Position numbers and translations under genes: made by a program. From NCBI GenBank assembly GCA_030674475.1, contig JAUSCZ010000017.1:46264-110263 (forward strand): 64,000 nucleotides of DNA, in the 5' to 3' direction. Shown here piece after piece: positions 20,569-31,112 of this stretch (position 1 is its first letter; every line of letters starts with the position of its first letter). Source of the DNA: Candidatus Omnitrophota bacterium. GTDB lineage: Bacteria; Omnitrophota; Gorgyraeia; Gygaellales; UBA12090. The notes beneath the pieces are model-generated. The model had not been told where the DNA came from and ran no database searches. It saw only the letters and a program-made list of their open reading frames with translations.

Positions 20569-21627
20569 TTACCGCTTATTAATTACCTCGGCTTTTTTAA
20601 CATCCTGAATATGCGGCCAGATGGATTTATACCATTCAATATATTTCACAAAACCGGCTTCCAGCGGATACCGCGGATTATAACCTAATAATTTTGTCGC
20701 TTTCTCAACCGAAAGCGTGCCTCTATCAGGCATAAGCTTGTCTTTGGGAAGGTATTTTATCTTAACATCCGGGAAATGTTCAACCAGGATAGACGCCATA
20801 TCTTTTATTGAACGCGCCTGGCCATACGTCATATTAAAAATCTGATTCTTTGAATTAGAATTTATCAAAACCTTCACTATCCCTTCCGATAAATCTCCGA
20901 TATAAGTGAAATCTAAGCAGTCGGACCCGTTTCCACTTATTGAAACATCTAACCTCCGGATGGCATTTTCAATAAAAATCTGGCCTACCCGTCTGCTTAC
21001 GCATCTTTCTCCATACAAAGCCGACGGCCTGATTATTGTAAATGGAAGATCAAAAACCTGGTTATAAGCGATAACCATCTTCTCCCCCGCAAATTTTAAT
21101 GCTCCATAAATTCCCAGAGGCTCACAAGGAGTTTCTTCAGTTACATAACCCGCGGGAAAATTACCGTAAACCATGCTGGATGAAAAATAAACAAAATGCT
21201 TGATATTTAACTCCGGAGAGCGCGCGATATCCAAAGCATTCTCTAAGGTACGAAGACTATGGTCAAAAGTTGAATAGGGATCTTTATTTGACCTGTCCGC
21301 GTGCGCGACCGCGGCAAGATGTATTATTGTGTCGGGATTAATTTTTCCTATAATATGGCTCAGTTCTATGTAAGCGCGCGAATCCTGTTCTATCAAAGCA
21401 ATGTCATTCTCCCTCAAAAGATCAAGGCGATGCTGAATTATCTCTAAATAGAGTTTTGAATTGGGAATGGCATCTATATTAGTGTTAAAATAATGGTAGT
21501 TATTCACGGCCAAGCTATCAATAACGAACACTTCCGCGCCCAAGCTGTTAAGCTTGAGTGCCAGATTGTGGCCAATAAAACCTGCTCCACCTATTAATAC
21601 AACGCGCCGCTTTGATAAATTGCTCAT
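20569..21627 (-). CDS. NAD-dependent epimerase/dehydratase (extended SDR)
   Basis: VLIGGAGFIGHNL and YGALK motifs. Confidence 0.75.
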   Translation of the reverse strand: MSNLSKRRVVLIGGAGFIGHNLALKLNSLGAEVFVIDSLAVNNYHYFNTNIDAIPNSKLYLEIIQHRLDLLRENDIALIEQDSRAYIELSHIIGKINPDTIIHLAAVAHADRSNKDPYSTFDHSLRTLENALDIARSPELNIKHFVYFSSSMVYGNFPAGYVTEETPCEPLGIYGALKFAGEKMVIAYNQVFDLPFTIIRPSALYGERCVSRRVGQIFIENAIRRLDVSISGNGSDCLDFTYIGDLSEGIVKVLINSNSKNQIFNMTYGQARSIKDMASILVEHFPDVKIKYLPKDKLMPDRGTLSVEKATKLLGYNPRYPLEAGFVKYIEWYKSIWPHIQDVKKAEVINKR

Positions 21628-21629
21628 AT

Positions 21630-22775
21630 CTACCTCACTTTGATTATTGCTTCTTTAAGACATTTAACCATATACTCCATATCTTCCGCGTTTAAATGCG
21701 GCCCGACAGAAAGAGCGATAGAACTGTTACTAATTATAGAAGCCACAGGGAAACTATTCTTTTTGTAACCATATTTATTTTTATAATATGTAAAATGAGG
21801 AACCGGCTTAGGATAATAAACACTGGTGCCTATACCCCGCTCTTTAAGATAACTGACAATCTCAAAACGTTTTTTAGATATGCTATTTCTTAAAATAACG
21901 GACAGGCAATAGTAGCTGCTTTGATAATCGCCTCCCGAGGACTTTAAGAGGGATAGCTCATCCATATCTTTAAGGCCGTTACTCAATAATTCGTAATTTT
22001 CTTTTCTTATTTTTAAAAACCCGTTGACGCGCTTTAATTGTTCAATACCTAAAGCTGCCTGCAGCTCATTCATTCTATAATTAAAGCCCAGCATATCTAC
22101 GTCGTATATGCCGGGGGTTTTTCTTTCACCCACATGCCTGTCTACGCCGAATGCTTTCTGCCTTAATATCTTTCGCGCTATTTTTTTATGCTTGGTAAGC
22201 AGCATGCCTCCTTCGCAGGTGGTAAAGTGCTTAACCGGATAGAATGAAAAACACCCCACATCTCCGTGTAAACCGGCATGCCGGCCTTTAAAATAAGTAC
22301 CTACCGCCAAAGCGCAATCTTCCACGACGAAAAGATTATGTTTTGCGGCAATTTTATTAATCCTTTGCATATCTACCGGCATACCCAAGAAATGAACAAT
22401 CGAAATAGCCCGGGTGCGCCTGTTGATATTTTTCTCTATCTGGTTTATATCTATATTACCGGTTCTTTCTTCGGCATCTATAAATACGGGTTTAGCCCCG
22501 CAGAATTCTACGGCATGCGCAGTCGCCACATGCGTCTGCGCGGGGACAATTACTTCTTCTTTCGGCTTAAGACCAAGATAGAAATAAGATAAGTGCAGTG
22601 CCGCGGTGCAAGATGAAACCGAAACAGCGTATCCGCCGCCGGTGAAATTTGTAAATTTCTCCTCAAATTCTTCCGCGCGGGGCCCATGCACAAGAATACT
22701 ACCGCTTAGGACTTCTAAAACCGCTTTTTTTTCTTCTTCTTTAATAATAGGCCTGCCAAAAGGTATTGTTCTCAC
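21630..22775 (-). CDS. DegT/DnrJ/EryC1/StrS family PLP-dependent sugar aminotransferase
   Basis: N-terminal IPFGRPII.EEEKKAVLEVL and the overall pattern of the family. Confidence 0.85.
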   Translation of the reverse strand: MRTIPFGRPIIKEEEKKAVLEVLSGSILVHGPRAEEFEEKFTNFTGGGYAVSVSSCTAALHLSYFYLGLKPKEEVIVPAQTHVATAHAVEFCGAKPVFIDAEERTGNIDINQIEKNINRRTRAISIVHFLGMPVDMQRINKIAAKHNLFVVEDCALAVGTYFKGRHAGLHGDVGCFSFYPVKHFTTCEGGMLLTKHKKIARKILRQKAFGVDRHVGERKTPGIYDVDMLGFNYRMNELQAALGIEQLKRVNGFLKIRKENYELLSNGLKDMDELSLLKSSGGDYQSSYYCLSVILRNSISKKRFEIVSYLKERGIGTSVYYPKPVPHFTYYKNKYGYKKNSFPVASIISNSSIALSVGPHLNAEDMEYMVKCLKEAIIKVR

Positions 22776-23788
22776 TTATTAACCTCCTGAATATATTCTA
22801 CTTTAACTTTATTTTTTTCCCCGGCCGCTTTTTCTATGGCAAAACAAACTGACATAGCATCAAAAACTTCCTGATAGGGTATAGCTCCGGTACTTTTGTT
22901 TATAATTCCGTCAATAAAGTCATAAATTAACGCTCCTTTATGGACCCCGGGATAGTCTTCATAAATCTTTTCCGGCTGTCGATCGGCGTCTCGCGACTCA
23001 AAATATAATCCACACTCCAGGCCATTGACAAATGTCCCCTTAGTGCCATAAACCGATAAAGAATGAAAATGCGGAGAAACACACCCCATATTCACCGCCA
23101 ATTTTCCTACAATGCCATTTTCAAAGCGCAAGATAGAAACAACCATATCGTTATATTTAAAAAAACCGCTTGAAGAAATATTATTGCCGTACGCGGTAAC
23201 CTCTATTATTTTTTGTCCCGTAAGCCATAAAAGTAAATCTATTATATGTATGCCGCCGCCATAAACCACGGAATAAAAATCTAATTTTCCGCGCCATCCA
23301 TGCGTTATCTTATTTAACCGTCCATAATTATAATCTCCTTCGACATAAAATATGCCGCCCAGTTTTCCATTTTCAATTAATTTTTTTAAATAAATAAACC
23401 TGGGGCATTTACGCAATATTAAATTCGAAGAAAGTTTCAAATCTACCCTGCTTCTTAAGAGAGAATAGATATGCCTGGCTTCTTCTTCATAAAGACAAAG
23501 AGGTTTTTCCACAAAAACATGCTTATTATTTTTAATCGCCTGGATAATCTGCGGATAATGGTAGTTATCATAGGAAGCTACTGAAACTACGTTAATTTCT
23601 GGGTCATTTAATATATCATCCGGGTTATCGGTAAGCCTTATCCGCGGGTATTTCTTACGGGCTTCTTTTAATTTTTCTTCCGATAAATCACATAAAGCGA
23701 TAACCTGGCATCCGGGATGGCTCTGATATCCGGCCATATGCTGCTCCCCTACCCCCAACCCTATAATTCCGGCTTTTAATTGTTTCAT
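22772..23788 (-). CDS. Gfo/Idh/MocA family oxidoreductase
   Basis: N-terminal Rossmann fold (AGIIGLGVGEQH) and an EKP motif. Confidence 0.8.
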   Translation of the reverse strand: MKQLKAGIIGLGVGEQHMAGYQSHPGCQVIALCDLSEEKLKEARKKYPRIRLTDNPDDILNDPEINVVSVASYDNYHYPQIIQAIKNNKHVFVEKPLCLYEEEARHIYSLLRSRVDLKLSSNLILRKCPRFIYLKKLIENGKLGGIFYVEGDYNYGRLNKITHGWRGKLDFYSVVYGGGIHIIDLLLWLTGQKIIEVTAYGNNISSSGFFKYNDMVVSILRFENGIVGKLAVNMGCVSPHFHSLSVYGTKGTFVNGLECGLYFESRDADRQPEKIYEDYPGVHKGALIYDFIDGIINKSTGAIPYQEVFDAMSVCFAIEKAAGEKNKVKVEYIQEVNK

Positions 23789-23796
23789 TTTATCAA

Positions 23797-24495
23797 TTAG
23801 GCTGGCTGCCTATCAGCTATATCCTTATATATTCTAATAAGTCCTTTAAGGCCGCAGCTCCAATGCGGCTTATCCATATGGCGCACAATCGATGTTATTC
23901 TATCCATGTCAGCCTTCGTATCTACGCATAATCTTATCAAATGATAATCCTCTGATGATATGAGATTAAATATCTTATAATTATTTTGATTTAGATAAAA
24001 AAATCGCGTGACATGCTCGAAGTCCTCCAACTCTTTCATTTCTTCATACCCTTTCAGGAAAATATCCGATTTTAAAAGCTCAACAGACTGACCCTTAGGA
24101 TATGTGCGCTTTAGTACGTTTGTTACAATGTCAAAATCTCCACCTTTAAAAATATCTATTGCCTCGTTTATCAGGCAGGGATCAAGCAAAGGACTATCCG
24201 CGGATAACCTTAAAAAAGCGTCAAAATTATACATGCCTAACACCTCTTTAAATCTTGAAGCAACATTAGTAAGGTGCCCGCGATAAAATGTTATCCCCAG
24301 CCCTTTGCAGAATTCAACTATTGAATTATCATTTTTCTCATCAGACGTAGCTACTACTATATTATCCAAGTACTTGCATTGCCTTATCCGTTCAATCATA
24401 TATTCTAACATCGGCTTGCCGCAAATAGTGCTTAGGACTTTGCCGGGAAGCCTTCGTGAGCCCATCCTTGCCTGAATAACCGCGCCTATATTCAT
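23797..24495 (-). CDS. Acylneuraminate (nonulosonate) cytidylyltransferase family
   Basis: AVIQARMGSRRLPGKVL N-terminal motif of the CTP_transf_3 family. Confidence 0.8.
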   Translation of the reverse strand: MNIGAVIQARMGSRRLPGKVLSTICGKPMLEYMIERIRQCKYLDNIVVATSDEKNDNSIVEFCKGLGITFYRGHLTNVASRFKEVLGMYNFDAFLRLSADSPLLDPCLINEAIDIFKGGDFDIVTNVLKRTYPKGQSVELLKSDIFLKGYEEMKELEDFEHVTRFFYLNQNNYKIFNLISSEDYHLIRLCVDTKADMDRITSIVRHMDKPHWSCGLKGLIRIYKDIADRQPA

Positions 24496-26786
24496 AGTTT
24501 AAATAATACCCTAAAGATAAAACCTTCAAATTTAAACCTATCCGCGTAATTTTCAGGACGGACATAAAGCGCGGTATCGCGAACAATATTTAAAAAATAA
24601 AATAACTTTTCATCTGATTTAACCAAAGAAAGCCCGCCCAAGAAAGAACTTAACTCAGAAAAATCATTTTCCAGAAATCTAATCTTTGAAAACCAATACT
24701 TGCTCTCATCTATATTTCCGGAGAGATTTTTCAAAAATGATAAATAGAACAGACACTCCATATATTCACCTATCTCTTTATTCATCATTTGGGTAATATA
24801 GATAATCCGCGGATGTTCCACAAGGTTATATTCGTTACGATAATATAGAGATAGCTCGCGCACCCAATCATTTAAATCCCTTGCGCCTGTAATCCAAAAA
24901 AGGTCGTCTAATTGTAGATTCCCCAATATAAAATTTAGCAGGTACGGCCTCTGGGATGCCGCGCGGGTTAGTAATTTTTCCGCTTCTTCGTATTTTCCAA
25001 GCCTTAAATTTTCTCGGCCAGAATAAAAATCAATTAAAAAACGGCTTCCCGGCTCTCCTTCGCGGTTAAATACCTCGTAATCTTTAAAACCATAAGTTAA
25101 GTTATTTAACTTATGGGCATCTGCCGGCTGGCCTACCACCACATCCAGAAAGCGCTTATTAAACCTTTGCTTAAAGACAAAATTGATATTATCATTATAC
25201 CGATCAGCCGCGGAAAAACTTCCTTGATTGGTGAAAACAATAGGATTAATATTGTATAAATTTATGGTTTGCGCAAAATTATTGAGTTTGTATTTACTAC
25301 TGATGTCTTCTCTTACCGTATCCGCAATCTTTATATAGTCATATATATAAAAATTATTAGCTGTCTTGCCTCTATATAATGCTATCTTTATTGCCGCCAG
25401 GTTAGGCATTAAAAGGCCCGCGAATATTAATATCATAATAAAATTTATGAAGGCCTTGGGCCTAAATAAAGTTGTAATTTTTGCATAAAGGTAGTCAAAT
25501 ACCGAACAAAAGATAAGGCAAAAAAGCGCGGATAGATATACAAAGTATCTGGACGCGGTGGGATTCCATAAATAAAGATATATCAAGCTAAATATATACC
25601 AGGTAACTAACACCGCATTCTGCCTTTGCTTCAAAATATATGCCTTGGCGAATATGAACGCCATGAATAAAAATAGCAAAATACTGAAAACACTAAACCC
25701 CGCGGGAATAAAATGATATGGACGGAACGAATCAATAGACATTGCCGACTGCAAGGGGAATAAAAAGCTATTAAGCATACCCATAAATGGCACAATAAAA
25801 TTGTAAGGAATCAAAATCTTTCCAAAATTACCTGAAGCTATAGCCAGCATTACCGCTAAAAAAACCGTTGTCAAAAAAAGTAGCTTTGCCCTATCGCTAA
25901 GCATGGGCCTTTTTTGATGCCTTAAAAACAGTCTTAACAGAAAAATAAACAGAATCCCTATGGATAATAATATAAAGAAATTTATTATAAGGTTGTTATT
26001 GCCGAAATTAATAAATGTTATTCCCTTGCTGTTTAAAATTGAAAAAACCGGCCGTAAAAAAGAACCAAATCTTACATCGCCGCTTACTATCCTCAGTAAA
26101 GGATAAAAGAGGTAAATAAAAAATAGCGGAAGCCAAATATCGTATTTTCTAAGCATATCTTTGCGGTCTTTTGAACAAACTAAAATATGCGTCATTATCA
26201 TCGCGGGCAATATTAATATACTTAGCCGGCAGAAAGACGATAATAACGCTACCAATAAAGTCAGAAAGAAAAAGCCATGATATTTCTGTTGGGAAGAAAT
26301 TAAATTATTGGTTTTTAAATAAAATATTAATCCTGAAAGTATAAAAAAAACTACTATGAGATGCTGAAAAGCCATAGGCCACATATACGCATGAAAATGC
26401 GCAAAGAGCATAAGATACATCAAAGATGAAAGAAAGCTGACCCTGGAATTTAGTCCGAGATTTTTTGCCAAAAAATACAACAAAATAGAACAAGAAATAT
26501 GGAATAACATAGCCAGATAAATAAAACTTTTAGCTAAAGGACCGAATAAAAACAAGGTAACCAGCGTATAAATCTTTACGTCGGGAATCTCAAACCATAG
26601 ATGCAGAGGGTTTAAAACATACCAGGCTAATTTCACTAAAGAAAACCCTTCCGTATCTCTGAACAAAACCGGGATAAACCACAAAAGATCCTGCTCAAAA
26701 ACACTCCCTTTTATTTCATTACGAAGTATGATTAAGAATAAAAGTAAAAATACGCAATAAATTCCCAGACGTAATATTTTCGTCAT
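24492..26786 (-). CDS. Large polytopic membrane protein with C-terminal soluble (TPR-like) domain; possible GT-C transferase/polymerase
   Basis: 764 aa. The N-terminal ~450 aa are strongly hydrophobic with many TM helices. The C-terminal ~300 aa are soluble. Confidence 0.4.
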   Translation of the reverse strand: MTKILRLGIYCVFLLLFLIILRNEIKGSVFEQDLLWFIPVLFRDTEGFSLVKLAWYVLNPLHLWFEIPDVKIYTLVTLFLFGPLAKSFIYLAMLFHISCSILLYFLAKNLGLNSRVSFLSSLMYLMLFAHFHAYMWPMAFQHLIVVFFILSGLIFYLKTNNLISSQQKYHGFFFLTLLVALLSSFCRLSILILPAMIMTHILVCSKDRKDMLRKYDIWLPLFFIYLFYPLLRIVSGDVRFGSFLRPVFSILNSKGITFINFGNNNLIINFFILLSIGILFIFLLRLFLRHQKRPMLSDRAKLLFLTTVFLAVMLAIASGNFGKILIPYNFIVPFMGMLNSFLFPLQSAMSIDSFRPYHFIPAGFSVFSILLFLFMAFIFAKAYILKQRQNAVLVTWYIFSLIYLYLWNPTASRYFVYLSALFCLIFCSVFDYLYAKITTLFRPKAFINFIMILIFAGLLMPNLAAIKIALYRGKTANNFYIYDYIKIADTVREDISSKYKLNNFAQTINLYNINPIVFTNQGSFSAADRYNDNINFVFKQRFNKRFLDVVVGQPADAHKLNNLTYGFKDYEVFNREGEPGSRFLIDFYSGRENLRLGKYEEAEKLLTRAASQRPYLLNFILGNLQLDDLFWITGARDLNDWVRELSLYYRNEYNLVEHPRIIYITQMMNKEIGEYMECLFYLSFLKNLSGNIDESKYWFSKIRFLENDFSELSSFLGGLSLVKSDEKLFYFLNIVRDTALYVRPENYADRFKFEGFIFRVLFKL

Positions 26787-28075
26787 AATTTATACTTGGC
26801 GCAGAAATCCGATACTACATTAAGTATGTAATCCAACTCTTTTTCTCCCATATCTTGATGTATGCCTATATGCAAGCCATTATTGCCTATATATTCGGCA
26901 TTGGGAAATTGGCCTAACTTATAGCCTAAATATTCAAAGCCGGGGCATTGGGTAGGCATGGATAAAAATAAATTACGAGTATCTACGCCGTTTTCTTCCA
27001 AATATGAGACCAAATCATCTCTGCTAAATTTATTTTTTTCACCCAGAACAATCGGAAAGGCATGTGGGCCTATCTTTTCATGGGCTTCTTCTTTAATAGT
27101 ATATAAATACGGCTCAAACTCTTTAAATTTGTCCAACATATATAATAAATTATTGCGTCTTTTTTCTAAAATCTTATAATATATTTCTATATTCCCTAAC
27201 CCGATAGCCGCCTCCAATTCGTTCATCTTGCTGGAAAAACCGATACGCTCAAAAACAAAACGTATATCCTTATCTTTATCTTTGCCGTATTTAAACCTCT
27301 TATCACAATAGCCGGAATTAATATTGAGTATACAACTTTCACACTTGCAAGCCCTTCCATGCGCCCTTAAAGACCTCAAAACCTCGGCAAAATCAGCTTT
27401 GTCCGTAACCACCATACCGCCTTCGACAGTTGTAATCATATGTGCTACGTAGAGACTAAATGCCGCCATATCGCCTAAAGTGCCGATATTCTTGCCCCGA
27501 TAAACTGCCCCGTATGCCTCTGCCGCATCCTCTATAACGAAAAGTTTATGTTTTTTAGCAATGTCATTTATTGTATCCATCTCCGCCGGTTTACCCATAA
27601 GATGGACAGGCATTATAGCGCGCGTCTGTTTAGTAATTGCTTTTTCAATCCGGGAAACATCGATATTTAAAGTATGCCTTTCCACATCTACAAATATCGG
27701 CTTAAAACCGGCCTGCAGGACAGCGTTGCCTGTCGCCACAAAAGATAAAGCGGGCACTATTATTTCATCACCCCTTTTCGCTCCATAATCATAGAGAACG
27801 GCCAATGCTAACGCATCCGCATCTGTGCCGCTGCTTACCGATACCGCTTCTTGCGCGTCTATAAGTTTAGCAAATTTTTCCTCAAATTTACGCACGTATT
27901 TTCCGCTGGAAACCCTTTCAGAATCTAATATTTCTCCAATCAGTTTTTTTGAATATTCAGTGATAGCTATGGTTCCAAATGGAATTCTCATTTTCTGCAT
28001 GACTCTTTTGCCCCTTTCCTCTCCAGCCATCTCAAAATTTTGTTTACTAAGCCCTTCTCGGGGTTTGCTCCGCAT
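26783..28075 (-). CDS. DegT/DnrJ/EryC1/StrS family aminotransferase
   Basis: The true start is probably an internal Met (MQKMRIPFG...). The overall pattern of the family is present. Confidence 0.8.
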   Translation of the reverse strand: MRSKPREGLSKQNFEMAGEERGKRVMQKMRIPFGTIAITEYSKKLIGEILDSERVSSGKYVRKFEEKFAKLIDAQEAVSVSSGTDADALALAVLYDYGAKRGDEIIVPALSFVATGNAVLQAGFKPIFVDVERHTLNIDVSRIEKAITKQTRAIMPVHLMGKPAEMDTINDIAKKHKLFVIEDAAEAYGAVYRGKNIGTLGDMAAFSLYVAHMITTVEGGMVVTDKADFAEVLRSLRAHGRACKCESCILNINSGYCDKRFKYGKDKDKDIRFVFERIGFSSKMNELEAAIGLGNIEIYYKILEKRRNNLLYMLDKFKEFEPYLYTIKEEAHEKIGPHAFPIVLGEKNKFSRDDLVSYLEENGVDTRNLFLSMPTQCPGFEYLGYKLGQFPNAEYIGNNGLHIGIHQDMGEKELDYILNVVSDFCAKYKL

Positions 28076-28090
28076 CTACTTTTTCTTTGC

Positions 28091-29101
28091 TCATAAACCT
28101 ATCTCCCGCAATCTTGCCGCCTTCTTGGCCTCTTTCCTCCAGTATGAAAGCAAAAAATCCAAAGTCTCATCTATATCATAATTCTGCTTCCAGCCGGTCT
28201 GTAGTTTGAATTTCTCCACACAAGGGACCTGCAAAGTAACATCCGCCGGCCTCAAAAGAACAGGATCACAGCGGGTAGGGATTGTTTTTTTGCTCATTGC
28301 AATAAGTTTTTTAAGAAAATCTCCTACGGTTATAGTAGCGGTACCGCCTATATTATAAACCTCCCCGTATTTACAATGAATTATTGCCTGCCAATACGCG
28401 GCTACGGCATCGCGCACATCAATGATGGTGCGGACAGAATCAAGGTTGCCATGCACTAACTCTTTCGATAGACCCTGCTCTATCCAGGCAATTTGTTTAG
28501 CAAAAGAAGTGGCAAAAAGATCGGTCCTTCTTGGATTAATATAAGTAAACATGCGCGTGCGAATAATGCGCATACTATAACTTCTAAAATAACTAAAACC
28601 CAATAAGTCCTGCGCTGTTTTAGAAACAGCATACGGGCTTACAGGGTTCAACGGCGTATCTTCTCTAATAGGAACATATTTGGGGTCAACTTGGCCATAA
28701 ACTTCTGAAGTGCTGCAAAGCTGTATCGCAGGGTCAATTTTAGCAAGCCTTATAGCTTCAAAAAGATTAACCGTACCTAAAATGTTATTGCTTAAAAAAC
28801 TGTGCGGGCTGATAAAAGATGTGCGCACATTAGCGTATGCTGCCAAATGAAACACCACCTCCGGCCTTACATCCGCTATGACCGCAAAAGTCGAACCAAA
28901 ATCCATAAGATCGGCTTCATGTACGCTAATTTTACCAGTAATCTCTTTTATGTTGTCGTTCTGTGTGGTGCTGTGCCAACGTGAGATCCCATGAACTTCA
29001 ATCTCAGGGAAATTTTGCAGAATATATTCTGCCAAGTAACTTGCGCCTGAGCCAGAAATTCCCGTGATTAAAACTTTAGAAATTTTTATATTAGAAACCA
29101 T
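28091..29101 (-). CDS. SDR dehydratase (GDP-mannose 4,6-dehydratase-like)
   Basis: ITGISGSGASYLAEYIL resembles the Gmd N-terminus; YAVSK catalytic motif. Confidence 0.6.
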   Translation of the reverse strand: MVSNIKISKVLITGISGSGASYLAEYILQNFPEIEVHGISRWHSTTQNDNIKEITGKISVHEADLMDFGSTFAVIADVRPEVVFHLAAYANVRTSFISPHSFLSNNILGTVNLFEAIRLAKIDPAIQLCSTSEVYGQVDPKYVPIREDTPLNPVSPYAVSKTAQDLLGFSYFRSYSMRIIRTRMFTYINPRRTDLFATSFAKQIAWIEQGLSKELVHGNLDSVRTIIDVRDAVAAYWQAIIHCKYGEVYNIGGTATITVGDFLKKLIAMSKKTIPTRCDPVLLRPADVTLQVPCVEKFKLQTGWKQNYDIDETLDFLLSYWRKEAKKAARLREIGL

Positions 29102-29135
29102 TCTATATATTCTTATCGAAAATACATGTTGATTG

Positions 29136-29849
29136 TTAACTACTTTTACGCCAAAAGAACAATTCCCTTAACACCTCAAAAAGATAAGCGCTGCCCCACT
29201 GTATAACTTTTAACTTTCTTTCCCCGCCTATACGCACTGGTTCATCGCCAGGAATATCAGCGCATTTTAATTTTAACTTTGCCGCCCTTACTGACAATAA
29301 AGGCTCAACGCCAACTTTAGTATGGAACAATTTTTCTTCTACTCGGTAGCTTTCTTCTTTATCTAAATCTAACTCTTTAAAAATTTCTGTCTTCCAGGCG
29401 CGAAACATAACCAAAGAATCTGTGTATTTTGAACCGTAAAAGAAATTTATCAAAGAAGTGAACATTTTATTACCAAAAGCAGTAACACAATCATCATCAT
29501 AACTTTTTGCGCCCTTCGCATATCTGGATACTATAACCATATCATATCCTTCTTTCATCTTAGCGACTAAAGGAGGCATGCGTTCAGGTATAGAGTTGCC
29601 ATCCGGGCTAAAAGTAATTACTATGTCTCCCTCAATGTAAGGCAAAATCTCAATATAGGCATAACGCAAACCCTTATTTTCTTGGGAAAATAACAGATAA
29701 CCTTTTTGTTTACAATACTCAATTGTGCCATCGGTTGATCCGCCATCAACAATCAAGAGCTGGTCATACCAATTATTTTCTATGCGAGGCATAATCTCTT
29801 TCAGGCCGCTTAATTCGTTAAGCGTGAGAATCAGCAATGTCACTTTCAA
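29136..29849 (-). CDS. Family 2 glycosyltransferase
   Basis: LIVDGGSTDGT and other GT2 motifs. Confidence 0.75.
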   Translation of the reverse strand: MKVTLLILTLNELSGLKEIMPRIENNWYDQLLIVDGGSTDGTIEYCKQKGYLLFSQENKGLRYAYIEILPYIEGDIVITFSPDGNSIPERMPPLVAKMKEGYDMVIVSRYAKGAKSYDDDCVTAFGNKMFTSLINFFYGSKYTDSLVMFRAWKTEIFKELDLDKEESYRVEEKLFHTKVGVEPLLSVRAAKLKLKCADIPGDEPVRIGGERKLKVIQWGSAYLFEVLRELFFWRKSS

Positions 29850-29974
29850 ATTGCACCTCCTCGTAGCATACGTTTTCCCTCATAAAATTGTTTTTGACGA
29901 CCTCAATAGTGTACTATCGCCGGAAAAATAAGCTTTGCCGCCGGTAATCATAAAAACAGTATTTTTCAACAATC

Positions 29975-31108
29975 TCACTTTATAAGATTTCCAACAAGCC
30001 CTGTCGAGTATTTAGCAATTGCGAGAGAAGAAGTTAATCCTGGAGATTCTATTCCTATTAAATTTATAAAACCTGTCAATCCTTTATCCGTTTCTTCTTG
30101 TATAATAAAATCCCTAAAATCCTCACCTTCTCTTTGAAGTTTTGGTCTAATACCAGCAATATCCTCGTAAAGATCGTCTTTATTTATAAAAGGAAGCAGC
30201 CTATTAGCCGCAGAGTAGAAATTATTTTTCTGAGAGCTATCCACAGAATAATCCTTATTTCTATTGTTTAGGTATTTCTCATCAGGCCCAAGGCGCAAAC
30301 TTCCACACAGATCCAAAGTAGCATGCACTCCTAAACCAGCGCTTTTTGGCTTGGGGACAGGGTATACTAATCTTTTAATGAAATGGCTTTTTGAGTGATT
30401 AACTCTGAAATACTGCCCTTTACAATAATGAAGCCTATAGTTAAAATGCTCTATATCTATACCCCCCATCTCAGCAATACGATCAGAATCCAATCCTGCG
30501 CTATTTATCACAACCTTTGTATTCAAAAATATGGTTTCATTGTTATTTCTAACCATTACAATATACCCGTAAACGTTCTTTTTGATATCAATTACTTCAG
30601 AAACATAAGACATTATCGCGCCGTTGTTTTGAGCAGTATCTTGAAAAAGTTGCATTAATTTATGAGAATTAATAATGCCGGTTGATGGAGAATGAAGCGC
30701 TGCCACTCCATTTACGCTTGGTTCAATTTTTTTTAAATCAGCCGCATCTATCAGCCGCAAATCATCAACGCCGTTATCTTTGCCTCTTTGAAACAACTCT
30801 TCAAGCGCGGGGATTTCATCTTTTTCACTGGCAACAATCAATTTACCGATTTTCTTAAAGGGTATATTGTTCTTCTGGCAGATTTCATACAATAATGATC
30901 TGCCTTCTACACACATTTTTGCTTTTAAAGTATCTTTAGGATAATAGATGCCCGCATGGATTACTTCGCTGTTACGACTACTTGTTTCTTGACCAAAACT
31001 ATTATGTCTTTCTATGACAACGATTCCTTTGTATTTCTTTGATAATTCCGCGGCTATGGCCAATCCGATTACCCCGGCGCCAATAATCAAAATATCAGCT
31101 TCATCCAT
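29975..31108 (-). CDS. FAD-dependent oxidoreductase (LhgO/DAO family)
   Basis: DILIIGAGVIGLAIA dinucleotide-binding motif. Confidence 0.75.
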   Translation of the reverse strand: MDEADILIIGAGVIGLAIAAELSKKYKGIVVIERHNSFGQETSSRNSEVIHAGIYYPKDTLKAKMCVEGRSLLYEICQKNNIPFKKIGKLIVASEKDEIPALEELFQRGKDNGVDDLRLIDAADLKKIEPSVNGVAALHSPSTGIINSHKLMQLFQDTAQNNGAIMSYVSEVIDIKKNVYGYIVMVRNNNETIFLNTKVVINSAGLDSDRIAEMGGIDIEHFNYRLHYCKGQYFRVNHSKSHFIKRLVYPVPKPKSAGLGVHATLDLCGSLRLGPDEKYLNNRNKDYSVDSSQKNNFYSAANRLLPFINKDDLYEDIAGIRPKLQREGEDFRDFIIQEETDKGLTGFINLIGIESPGLTSSLAIAKYSTGLVGNLIK

Positions 31109-31112
31109 GCTT

